Below are positions 1-9,835 of a DNA stretch of 64,000 nucleotides, piece after piece (positions within the stretch are counted from its first letter, which is position 1; every line of letters begins with the position of its first letter). The stretch comes from Macrostomum hystrix (lineage: Eukaryota; Animalia; Platyhelminthes), in NCBI GenBank assembly GCA_950097015.1, contig CATNEN010000029.1, positions 62,001 through 126,000 of the forward strand. The letters run 5' to 3'. Made by a program: the position numbers and the translations under genes. Under the pieces are notes generated by a model. That model did not search any database and was not told the DNA's origin. It saw only the letters and a list, made by a program, of their open reading frames with translations.

Positions 1-15
1 TCAACCTAATCGCAG

Positions 16-319
16 AATCCGCAGCATGATTGACTCTGGCCTGATCTCCCGCTGGATTCGGAAATGGTGGCGCGCCGAGAGCATCTGCAGCCTGGACAGC
101 TCTCTGTCCGACTCAACCCCAATCGGCATCCAGGAGTCCAGTGGCGGCTTCATCATCGCTGCCGGATTCTACGGCTGCGGCCTGCTTCTGCTGCTGCTCG
201 AGTTTGTAGTTGATGCCATAAATCGGCGTTGCAAATCCAAGAAGCCGCTGGAAGAACCGCATCACCACCATCAGCACTACAGGGACAGGTCCTACCGATC
301 TACTAAGGATTACTATTAA
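16..319 (+). CDS. Last coding exon of an ionotropic glutamate receptor / IR-family channel subunit (end of S2 ligand-binding lobe, M4 helix, short C-tail); gene begins upstream of the window
   Basis: Translation IRSMIDSGLISRWIRKWW-x4-C followed by IGIQESSGGFIIAAGFYGCGLLLLLLEF matches the iGluR S2-end/M4 pattern (G-L-x-x-K/R-W-x-x-K-W-W, conserved Cys, GxF...L(I/L)EF). Possible acceptor cgcag ends at 15. Stop TAA at 317-319. Confidence 0.72.
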
Positions 320-534
320 ACTGAATTCATCGAGGAGCATTGAAATAACAATATAGCGATCTATATGGTACAGAACTGTACTAGTGTATTAATGGCATAC
401 ATCACAATATATCTATTTCATTCACACTCGCGAAAGCATTCTTGCCCATAAATTCAGTCATAAATGAAGGACAGGACAGGATTGCTAACCTGGATACTGG
501 GACCTCGAACCCCTAGCTGACGTATATTATTAAA

Positions 535-1015
535 GTGGACTGAACAAGAGGTGGACTGAACCAGAGGTGGACTGAACCAGTGGTGGACTGAACCAGAGGT
601 GGACTGAACCAGTGGTGGACTGAACCAGAGGTGGACTGAACCAGTGGTGGACTGAACCAGAGGTGGACTGAACCAGAGGTGGACTGAACCAGAGGTGGAC
701 TGAACCAGAGGTGGACTGAACCAGAGGTGGACTGAACCAGAGGTGGACTGAACCAGAGGTGGACTGAACCAGAGGTGGACTGAACCAGAGGTGGACTGAA
801 CCAGTGGTGGACTGAACCAGTGGTGGACTGAACCAGAGGTGGACTGAACCAGTGGTGGACTGAACCAGAGGTGGACTGAACCAGAGGTGGACTGAACCAG
901 AGGTGGACTGAACCAGTGGTGGACTGAACCAGAGGTGGACTGAACCAGAGGTGGACTGAACCAGAGGTGGACTGAACCAGAGGTGGACTGAACCAGAGGT
1001 GGACTGAACCAGTGG
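535..1015. repeat. Minisatellite, 16-bp unit GTGGACTGAACCAG(A/T)G, about 30 copies
   Basis: Direct periodicity; explains the 16-aa-periodic ORFs 454..1050 and 530..1033. Confidence 0.95.
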
Positions 1016-2521
1016 TAGTCCAAAGCTGGACAAGCTAAAGTTGAAGTCAAACTAATGCGGGACGTTGGCAGGTTCGCAATCCGTTATTCTCCTTCATCCA
1101 TGAACAGTCAAGCTCACGCCTTGCAATGGTGACATTGCTGTAGTAGTTCCTTTACATTCGATATTTCGCACCCCGGTAAGCACCGTTGTGCACTTATTTA
1201 ATCCCAGCAACTCTTTAACAGTTGGAGGACCGCGCTATTTTTCTCACTGGGGAAGACCACGGGGATATTTCAACTACCCACAGCCTACTTCACGGTAGCT
1301 CCCAAACCGAATGACCGATTTTAATGAAATTCCCCCATCTGAATCTAACTTTCCGCCTTATAACGATAAACTTTTCAAAGTTTCAAAGCCGACATTGCTC
1401 AGTATAAAGTTCTATTGCGAATCCATATTAGTTCAAAGCTAACTGAAAAAAGCAACAGTTTTATCAATCCAAAATAGTTAACAATGATAGCCGACATGGC
1501 TACATTATGAATTTTGTGAGCAGAAAAAATATGTCTATGTGTGGTTCATGCCACCAGACACTGCGAAGAGAATCGTTGAATATCTAGACGATGCTAAGGT
1601 TTTGTGATTCTGGAAGTTGTTTAATCTTATAGAGCGGAAAATTTTAATCCGCGTTCAGTATTTTCATGGCTATTGGTTGAAAATTGCAGGTTTTTTAACG
1701 TTTATCTCCAAACCCCCCCGTGGTGTTTCTACTGCCGAAGAAGCACGGAACAGGTTTTCGCTTCTTGACGATCGCCTTCAGTAGACGAAAATCTGGTTTT
1801 TCTAAACCTCGACGAAAAGCACGATTACACAAAGCATCAAAGTTATTCTAATTTTTTTGTGTTTTTATCAAAAGCTCGCCTTGGCCCAGATTTAATTTGC
1901 CAATCTTCTTAAATTGTGCGCTGCCCAAAGTGTTAACGCATTCTAAAATGAGAACTAAAAATAAAGCAGACAACATTTCAAAAGAACTGATTTAAATGTT
2001 ACTAGTAAATATGCATAGCATTACATTGATAGCTACTAAAGTGCCTTCTAGCATTGAAATCATCATATTGAGACTAAAAGCGATAATCGTTGCGTGTACT
2101 TTATTATTCATTCCACCATTCCTTCATCGCCCGAGACAAGCCGTCTTGTCTTTAAGTATTGCTCGCAGATGTCCATATGACAAGTTTACTTTTTTAAAGT
2201 TTTTTTATAGAAAGAGACAAAAATACATTTCTTCTATTTGTGCAAAGGTTGTGTACAGCTGTTCAGTCCGTGGACTGACAAGGCCGCCGAACCCACCCTA
2301 ATTTCTACCTTAGCTCTACCTCTCTACAATGGCTCACCGCTCAATGTGCCTTCAACAAAAGAAGTAAAGAATAAATTTTATTTCATATAAGTTTTCTGAA
2401 TCCAATTACAGTTCAAAGAAGGCTCGATCGAGTGTATTTCAAAGAACAAGATCGCCTGCACAACACAGCAAGCCGAAGCTATCAATTCCAAATAAATCAA
2501 CTAATTAGAGAGCTGATTGCG

Positions 2522-2948
2522 TCACTCCTGCTGCTCGTCAGTGCGCAGCTTGGAGCTGCCGTTCACCAGGCGGATGCCCAGCTGGGCGGCTCGCTCAACC
2601 ATGCCTTTGCGCTTCTTCGAGCTGACGGTGTGCGCAATCACGCCAGCGTAGCGCCTGTTCTCCATCAGCAGCATCTCCAGCTCCCTGGCGTTGTGCACCA
2701 GCACGTGACGGAAGCCGTCGCGGTGAATGTGCTTCGTCCGCTTGTCCGAGCCGAAGCCGATCTGCGGCATCACCGACTGGCCCTTGAACTTGCGCCGCAT
2801 CCGGTTGTCGATGCCCTTCGGCCTGCGCCAGCTGGGCTTCACGCGGTTGTAGCGGTCGCTATGGTGACGCTGGATGTGCTTGTTGCGCTTCTTAATGCAC
2901 ACCTGCCGGCCTCAGCGGCTTCACAGCCTGCACTCGCTTGGCTGCCAT
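2522..2948 (-). pseudogene. RPL32: RPL32-like copy 1 with a 1-bp insertion frameshift after codon 12 (or a sequencing error)
   Basis: Identical to the copy at 4499..4924 except one synonymous Arg codon change and an extra C at 2910/2911 (acctgccggcCtcagc vs acctgccggctcagc), giving 427 vs 426 bp. Reading from ATG 2948 hits TAA after 18 codons. Confidence 0.8.
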
Positions 2949-3049
2949 GGCGCTGGAACAGGTGAATTTAGTATGTTACGGATTTTTTTGTCCACACACC
3001 AAAGCATCTTCAAGGCTAATAGATACTGCAGTACTAATTTGGGAAACTG

Positions 3050-3400
3050 CTGACTGGTGAGCTGAAGGACAGTTGACTGGTGAGCTGAAGGAAAGCTGAC
3101 TGGTGAGCTGAAGGACAGTTGACTGGTGAGCTGAAGGACAGTTGACTGGTGAGCTGAAGGACAGTTGACTGGTGAGCTGAAGGACAGTTGACTGGTGCAA
3201 GCTGAAGGATATTTGAGCTGTTGAGCTGAAGGACAACTGACTGGTGAGCTGAAGGACAGTTGACTGGTGAGCTGAAGGACAGTTGACTGGTGAGCTGAAG
3301 GACAGTTTGACTGGTGAGCTGAAGGACAGTTGACTGGTGCAAGCTGAAGGATATTTGAGCTGTTGAGCTGAAGGACAACTGACTGGTGAGCTGAAGGACA
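3050..3400. repeat. Minisatellite, 23-bp unit TGACTGGTGAGCTGAAGGACAGT, about 15 copies, between the two RPL32 copies
   Basis: Direct periodicity. Confidence 0.93.
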
Positions 3401-4498
3401 TCACATCTAAATTACCTGAAACCTTCTTGGAAAGCTTGGAAAGCTTCTCATGAAATCAGATGATCAAAATTAATCCCAAGAAAACCCGGCTAATCCCAAA
3501 ATCTTAAATCAGCGAGCCCGAAAAAACACTGTAGCCCATTAACTTTTCATTAATCACTTATCTATAACCCAAGAAACTATATTGAAGAAAAGTGGTCGAA
3601 AACTCTAGTCTTACTAGCATGATATCTGATCATGTTGACTCCAGAGACAGTGCATGCTAACTGACCGAGTTAGTGGAATTAGAAAGTTCTGCGATTAAAT
3701 GGCTTCAGAAAGCCTGTTTTTTAAATGCTTCTGTAGCTGAATCTCACTCACGTGCTGGCTGGTGTGCCAGCGAGTGCCTGAAATCTAAAACTAAAAAAGG
3801 TCAATTAGACCAGAATATGTTTTAGATTTAACAGCTACATGAGTATGAGACCTGATTTTGCTAAACATACGTTATGTTTTCGAAAGATTTCATATTCCAA
3901 TACTCCACAATACATAGGAGAAAGCTGTTTGGCGCGGTAACCCAGCAGTACAAACAAGCGCGTCTGGCATATTTTTCAGATTTCTTTTAGATAAAAACTC
4001 AAAATTTTCATCCAGTAGTGAAATCTGTTTTAGATGTACCGGACAGGGGTTTACGTTTCCAGACTAAAAATATATAACTTTTTTCTCCATCAGATTTTAA
4101 TCCGCATTTTCCTCCGGTACACAATACCGGTCCAAAACCAGATACATTATTCCGGTTTCGGGTTACCTGGAAAAGCCTGGGCTTACCACCGGAGATAAAG
4201 ACAAGCGGGAACTTCTTGCTATCTCTGAAAGTAAGCAGATGGCCCATAAAAATCTGCACGTGACCATATCATTGTGTACACAGAAGCCTAGTTCCAAATT
4301 ATTGTCAACATTCAGGCAAAATAACAAGTGAAAAGACAGAGCCGAGTGATCCAAGGTGCCAAGTATAGGCACAGCTAGCCAATGGTGTAATTCCGGCTAA
4401 CAATAACAGCAAGCAATTTAAACACGCACAAAAACAGTGCTCTGAAAGTCAGTCAATCTCTGAGAGACAGGTTTGGCAAATCAGGGTTCCTAACTGCG

Positions 4499-4924
4499 TC
4501 ACTCCTGCTGCTCGTCAGTGCGCAGCTTGGAGCTGCCGTTCACCAGGCGGATGCCCAGCTGGGCGGCTCGCTCAACCATGCCTTTGCGCTTCTTCGAGCT
4601 GACGGTGTGCGCAATCACGCCAGCGTAGCGCCTGTTCTCCATCAGCAGCATCTCCAGCTCCCTGGCGTTGTGCACCAGCACGTGACGGAAGCCGTCGCGG
4701 TGAATGTGCTTCGTCCGCTTGTCCGAGCCGAAGCCGATCTGCGGCATCACCGACTGGCCCTTGAACTTGCGCCGCATACGGTTGTCGATGCCCTTCGGCC
4801 TGCGCCAGCTGGGCTTCACGCGGTTGTAGCGGTCGCTATGGTGACGCTGGATGTGCTTGTTGCGCTTCTTAATGCACACCTGCCGGCTCAGCGGCTTCAC
4901 AGCCTGCACTCGCTTGGCTGCCAT
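4499..4924 (-). CDS. RPL32: 60S ribosomal protein L32 (eL32)-like, intronless CDS, 141 aa
   Basis: Motifs [64 protein letters not shown] and ERAAQL are diagnostic of eL32. Confidence 0.95.
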   Translation of the reverse strand: MAAKRVQAVKPLSRQVCIKKRNKHIQRHHSDRYNRVKPSWRRPKGIDNRMRRKFKGQSVMPQIGFGSDKRTKHIHRDGFRHVLVHNARELEMLLMENRRYAGVIAHTVSSKKRKGMVERAAQLGIRLVNGSSKLRTDEQQE

Positions 4925-5575
4925 GGCGCTGGAATCGATGTGTTTAGTTTAGCTTTATAAATAGTATTCTACGGCTAACACTGTAGTACTAATGGGGGCA
5001 AGATTAGGGCGAGAAGCAAATCTATAGACAAGTAAAGTATTGCTTTACAGCATACAGCGAGGGGATAAAAGTGGAATAATACTATGAGGAGTCGTCTAAC
5101 AATCAACCTTAATTAATTAACATCTAAAAAACAATAAAATGTTTTTACGGCAGTAAAATGCCACAACTAGAGACTTAGCTGCAGGGGGCATCCCTCGGAT
5201 GCAGCGGGGAAGCATTGCCGCCCATTCCGCTACACAACAATATAACTTTTTCTTTGACATTTATAGTTTTATATGAATTCTAATTTAAATAGTATCAAAT
5301 ACAGTGGATAATAACAGTTACTTAAAGTTTGTAAATAAAAAAATGTCTATGTCAAAAAAAGATGCCATGTTACTCAACCTTAACTGTTCTCAAAGCAATT
5401 CCCATTCCCAACTACCATTCCAATAGTACAAAACTTAAAAGCCCAAGATGCTTAAAATCCATCTTAGTGTCTCTTTCATCTGCTACTGAAATTCCACTAG
5501 CATACTTTTAAATAATTGCAAGCAGAAATCCTGTAACATAGAGTAGTGCAACAGGTATTGAGTATAGGCAAATGT

Positions 5576-5831
5576 TGTTGTGTATTGACTGACTGAATGC
5601 TAATTTACGCATACTGCCACTATGAGTAGTGCAGTGAGGAAGCTAGTAGCTTCTAGAACCTTCTGTAGCCAGAATATTCTAGAACCTTCTATAGTCCGTG
5701 TTTTCTAGAACTTTCGATTTAACATATCAGCTACCTATAAATATACGGACACAAAGCTATCACAAAAAGGATAACTGCTCAATTTGGAATCTGCCAACAA
5801 ATCCGTTGTTCCCTTCGTTCACTACATAACA
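5576..5831 (+). repeat. 5' LTR (256 bp)
   Basis: Direct repeat of 9836-10091 with TGTT/AACA inverted termini. Confidence 0.96.
5651..5743 (+). promoter_or_regulatory. LTR promoter: three perfect heat-shock elements (5651-5663, 5672-5689, 5703-5715) plus TATA box TATAAATA (5736-5743); repeated in the 3' LTR at +4260
   Basis: TTC-TA-GAA-CC-TTC, GAA-TA-TTC-TA-GAA-CC-TTC and TTC-TA-GAA-CT-TTC all match the inverted nGAAn consensus exactly. Function is inferred from motif only. Confidence 0.75.
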
Positions 5832-5833
5832 AC

Positions 5834-5848
5834 TGGCGACGAGGATGG
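5834..5848 (+). other. Primer-binding site, complementary to the 3' end of tRNA-Ser(GCU)
   Basis: TGGCGACGAGGATGG lies 2 nt after the 5' LTR and is the complement of ...CCAUCCUCGUCGCCA, the metazoan tRNA-Ser(GCU) 3' end as I recall it. Confidence 0.8.
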
Positions 5849-8800
5849 CCCTCAACGTTAGCCCACCGACACCGTACCTGCCGGCAAGCGGACCTCCAGC
5901 AGTTCCATGGAATCGATGGCTAGACGCTTTCGATATCTATTGCCAAGCGGCGCAGATCTGGACTGACCGGCCGGCAGAGGGCGAAGCTCCAACAGAGGAA
6001 GCTACGCGACTGGCAACGAGGAGCCGCAACATGCTGCTGCACCTGCTCGGTTTCGAAGGGCAGCGGATTGCCAGGGCACGCAACGCGATTGTCGACGGCC
6101 ACACCTTCTGGCAAACCCGCGACATGCTGACGACTGTGTTTGGCGACCGGCCAAACGTGATGTTGGCGCGTCACCGATTCCGGGAGCGACATCAGCTGCC
6201 CGGAGAGGACGCAGTCACGTTTGTCGCAGCACTACGCGAGCTGTCAGCCACCTGCAACTACGGAGCAATGGCTGACGAAATGATCCGCGACCAGCTGGCC
6301 CAGAAAACCATCAGCAGCCGGATTCGTGAGCGCCTGCTGACTGAGGACGCCGCCAGGCTGACACTGGACCAAGCCATCGTGATCGCGACGACTATCGAGG
6401 AGGCAGCGGCAGGCAGCAAGGCGATGGCAGCAGCCGGCTCTTCAGGAAATGTCCAGGCTGTGCAGGAGGCCAGACCCCGAGGTCACCATGGCGCTCCGTC
6501 CAAGAAGAAGCCAGGGCAGCAAGCCGGAGGATCCTGCCAGCGATGCGGCCGCAGCCATGATGGCAAAGCCCAATGTCCCGCGCACGGCAAGAAGTGCAAC
6601 AACTGCGGCAAACTGAATCACTTCAGCCGATGCTGCCGCAATAAGACAATGCAGGTCAGCGCGGAAGAGACAATCTACGCAGTCGACGGCAACAACGAGG
6701 TCCGCGCAGACCTTCAGCTCGGCAGCATCCGAAAGACCGTCAGCCTGATGGTCGACTGCGGTGCCAAGGTGTCTCTGCTGAACGAGGCCACGGCACGGAG
6801 CTTGGGCGACATTCGCCTAAGAACGTCGTCGATGAGGCTACGAGCCTACGGCGGGAAGCTGATCGCCCTAGCTGGGATCGCAACAGTGCCCGTCAAGCAC
6901 CACAGCCGTGAGCTCCAACACGACTTCTACGTCACGAGGTCTGGCGAGAACCTCATCGGCCGCGACCTGATGGAGAAGCTGGGCTTCCGCGTGCAACTGC
7001 AGCCGCCAGCTGAGATCGGTGCCGAGATCGCCAGCGTAGACATCGAGCGAGAGTTCCCAACGGTCTTCAGCGGCTCGATCGGTCTCTGCAAAGGCGCAGT
7101 GCACAAACCGAGGATTAACGCAGCGGTGCCACCAGTGCAGCAGCCGCTCCGTCGACTTCCGCTCGCTAAGCAGCAACAAGTCGGCGAGGAGCTGGACCGT
7201 CTGGAGGCCATGGGAATCATCGAACGGGTGAATTCCAGCCCATGGATCTCCAACTTGGTTGTCGCTAACAAGAAGGACGGAAATATTCGAGTCTGCATTG
7301 ACGTGCGAGAGCCGAACAAGTCGCTCGTCATCGACCGGCACCCGATGCCGCAGCTGGACGAGATCTCGGCCAAGATCAAAGCGGCCGGAGGCAGCGTGTT
7401 CTCCAAGATCGACCTTAAGGCAGGATACATGCAGATGAAGCTGCACGAGTCATCACGTGACCTGACAGCATTCATTACTCACCAGGGTCTGTATCGCTAC
7501 TGCAGGGTGCCGTTCGGCCTTGCTTCTGCACCGGCGGCATTCCAGAGGATGCTGGACGACCTGGTGTCTGATCTGCAGGGTGTTGAGCACATCCTGGACG
7601 ACTTCATCGTCTTCGGAGCAACTGAAGCCGAGCACGACTCGAGGCTGCGAGCACTGCTAAAGCGATTGGAGGACGCCGGTCTCACTGCCAACAAGGACAA
7701 GTGCCAGCTGCGGAGGACTGAGATTGAGTTCTTTGGCTTCATCTTCTCAGCCAACGGCATGCGACCGTCTGAGAGTCAGACCAAGGCCTTCAGCGAGCTG
7801 CGCCCGCCGACCAACAGGAAGGAACTGCAGGCGTTCCTGGGATCCGCCAACTATCTGATGCGGTTCGTGCCCAACTTCGCGGAGGTAACGGCGCCACTGC
7901 GGCCTCTGCTGAAAAGCGACGCGGTGTTCGAATGGTCGACGGAGTGCGAGAAGGCATTCGAAACGTTGAAAGCGGCAATCTGCAGTCCGCCGGTCCTAGC
8001 CCACTTCGACCCAGGGGCCGAGACGATTGTCACTAGCGACGCCAGTGCAGAGTCCCTCGGTGCGCAGCTGTCCCAGGTCCAAGATGGCATCGAGAGGCCG
8101 ATCGCCTTCGCCGCCCGGGCCCTGACCGAGACGGAGAAGCGATACGCAGCGAACGAGCGAGAGGCGCTGGCGAGCCTGTGGGCCATGGAGAAGTGGCACT
8201 ACTACCTGTACGGGCGCCATTTCGAGCTGCGGACCGACCACCAAGCGCTGCGCCAGCTCCTGCTGGGACCCAGCGGCACCGGACATCGGCCGCTGCGCAT
8301 CCACCGGTGGTGCGACAGGTTTCAGCAATATGACTTCCATGTGCGATACCTGCCGGGCAACCGCAACTTCGTGGCCGACATGCTGTCTAGGTGGAGCTGC
8401 GGTTCCGACATGAACATCATCCAGCTACCAGACACTGCGATGCCTCCGGTACGGGTTGTTACCCCGCAGCAGCTAGCGATAGCCACAGCCGAGGATGCGG
8501 TTCTGCGACAGGTGATTCAGCACGTCACAAGCGGCAACTGGAGCTCTTCATCGGATAGCGAGCTGCAGCCGTACTTCAAGGTCCGCGAGCACCTCAGCGT
8601 CTGGCAGGACGGCGCCTGCCTGGCTTTCCAAGAACGAGCCGTCATTCCCCTGCAGCTGCGGCGCGAGCTTCTGGAGGCGGCCCATTCTGGACATCCGGGG
8701 GTGGTGCGCACCAAGCAGCAGCTCCGCGAGTTCGCCTGGTGGCCAAAGATGGACGCCGACGTCGAGACGTTCGTCCGAGACTGTGGCGCCTGCGAGACAG

Positions 8801-9807
8801 CGGAGAAGAATTTCAAGCTGCGACCGGCTCCGCTGCAGCCTCTGCCATGGCCGACTACACCGTGGACAGAGATCGCCATCGACATTGTGGGTGAGCTGCA
8901 GGCGGCACCGGCATCATCTCGCTTCCTACTGGTCATTACGGATCTGCACAGCAAATGGCCGGAGGTCTTCGCAACTTCGAGCATCACCACCGAGACGATC
9001 TGCAAGGTGCTGCGCAGTCTTTTCGCTCGCTGGGGCCTCTGCGAGAAGGTCCTCACCGACAACGGACCACAGTTCGGCGATGTCTTCACCGGATTTCTGA
9101 GGAATCGGGGTATTCAGCACCTGAAGACCAGCCCGTACCGTCCAAGCACCAACGGCCAGACCGAGAGACTCAACAGGACGCTGATGGACAGCATCCGAGC
9201 GGCCAGGGCGGCGAACATTCCGATGCAGGACGCGCTGCTGCAGTTCCTTGAAGCTTACCACAGCACTCCACACGCCCTGACTGGGAAGAGCCCGGCTGAG
9301 CTGATGCTGGGCAGGCGATGGCGCACAGCCCTGTCTCTGCTGTCACCGTCTAAGGACAACGCGGTTGCGCATACCGAGATGGCCCAGCGAATCCAAGAGC
9401 GCCAGCAGCGGACGGCAGCCTACACGGACCAGCGGCGAAGAGCGCGACCGCCGGCACTGCGCGCCGGCGACTGGGTTCGGGTGCGGCGTCCAATACGACG
9501 GGGCAAGCTCGGAACGCGGCTCTCGGCGCCGCTTCGGATCGTCAAAACGATGGGCGCTGCTTGCCGACTGACCGACGGCAGCACCTGGAATCAGCAGGCA
9601 CTCGTACCAACATCGATGCGCCTGAGCCCCGAGACACCGGTGCCTGACGAGCTCGACCCGCTCATCGACATTCAAGGACAGCACACGGTTCCGGACGATG
9701 GAGGCGGAGATCCCTTGCCTGCACCGGATGCAGCACAGGGACTAGCGACCCCGCCGGTACGACGATCCGGTCGGCCGAGGCGACCTGTGCAGCGTTATGG
9801 TTGCTGA
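5845..9807 (+). CDS. Gag-Pol polyprotein, 1320 aa (Gag with two zinc knuckles, aspartic protease, RT, RNase H, integrase)
   Basis: Zinc knuckles CQRCGRSH...C and CNNCGKLNHFSRC. Protease LMVDCGA. RT FSKIDLKAGY, RVPFGLASAP and ILDD. RNase H TSDAS and NEREALA. Integrase H-H-C-C and IDIVG/TDNGPQF/GQTER. The PR-RT-RH-IN order defines Ty3/Gypsy. Confidence 0.97.
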   Translation: MALNVSPPTPYLPASGPPAVPWNRWLDAFDIYCQAAQIWTDRPAEGEAPTEEATRLATRSRNMLLHLLGFEGQRIARARNAIVDGHTFWQTRDMLTTVFGDRPNVMLARHRFRERHQLPGEDAVTFVAALRELSATCNYGAMADEMIRDQLAQKTISSRIRERLLTEDAARLTLDQAIVIATTIEEAAAGSKAMAAAGSSGNVQAVQEARPRGHHGAPSKKKPGQQAGGSCQRCGRSHDGKAQCPAHGKKCNNCGKLNHFSRCCRNKTMQVSAEETIYAVDGNNEVRADLQLGSIRKTVSLMVDCGAKVSLLNEATARSLGDIRLRTSSMRLRAYGGKLIALAGIATVPVKHHSRELQHDFYVTRSGENLIGRDLMEKLGFRVQLQPPAEIGAEIASVDIEREFPTVFSGSIGLCKGAVHKPRINAAVPPVQQPLRRLPLAKQQQVGEELDRLEAMGIIERVNSSPWISNLVVANKKDGNIRVCIDVREPNKSLVIDRHPMPQLDEISAKIKAAGGSVFSKIDLKAGYMQMKLHESSRDLTAFITHQGLYRYCRVPFGLASAPAAFQRMLDDLVSDLQGVEHILDDFIVFGATEAEHDSRLRALLKRLEDAGLTANKDKCQLRRTEIEFFGFIFSANGMRPSESQTKAFSELRPPTNRKELQAFLGSANYLMRFVPNFAEVTAPLRPLLKSDAVFEWSTECEKAFETLKAAICSPPVLAHFDPGAETIVTSDASAESLGAQLSQVQDGIERPIAFAARALTETEKRYAANEREALASLWAMEKWHYYLYGRHFELRTDHQALRQLLLGPSGTGHRPLRIHRWCDRFQQYDFHVRYLPGNRNFVADMLSRWSCGSDMNIIQLPDTAMPPVRVVTPQQLAIATAEDAVLRQVIQHVTSGNWSSSSDSELQPYFKVREHLSVWQDGACLAFQERAVIPLQLRRELLEAAHSGHPGVVRTKQQLREFAWWPKMDADVETFVRDCGACETAEKNFKLRPAPLQPLPWPTTPWTEIAIDIVGELQAAPASSRFLLVITDLHSKWPEVFATSSITTETICKVLRSLFARWGLCEKVLTDNGPQFGDVFTGFLRNRGIQHLKTSPYRPSTNGQTERLNRTLMDSIRAARAANIPMQDALLQFLEAYHSTPHALTGKSPAELMLGRRWRTALSLLSPSKDNAVAHTEMAQRIQERQQRTAAYTDQRRRARPPALRAGDWVRVRRPIRRGKLGTRLSAPLRIVKTMGAACRLTDGSTWNQQALVPTSMRLSPETPVPDELDPLIDIQGQHTVPDDGGGDPLPAPDAAQGLATPPVRRSGRPRRPVQRYGC

Positions 9808-9835
9808 CTGACTGATTTTGCGGAGAGGGGGAAGA

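Noticed and set aside
481-525. tRNA-like B-box on the minus strand
   Set aside because: Imperfect B-box with no A-box or cloverleaf; no tRNA or rRNA gene could be supported anywhere in the window.
454-1050. 198-aa and 167-aa repetitive ORFs
   Set aside because: Translations of a stop-free 16-bp minisatellite; no coding features outside the repeat.
1650-1940. Short minus-strand open stretch (NNFDALCNRAFRRGLEKPDFRLLK...)
   Set aside because: No start, splice context or recognisable motif; cannot be supported as a gene.
2432-2965. 177-aa plus-strand ORF (and 4607..4960)
   Set aside because: Antisense shadows of the GC-rich RPL32 CDS.
5920-9684. Many overlapping ORFs within the retrotransposon
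   Set aside because: Antisense or off-frame shadows of the GC-rich gag-pol ORF.
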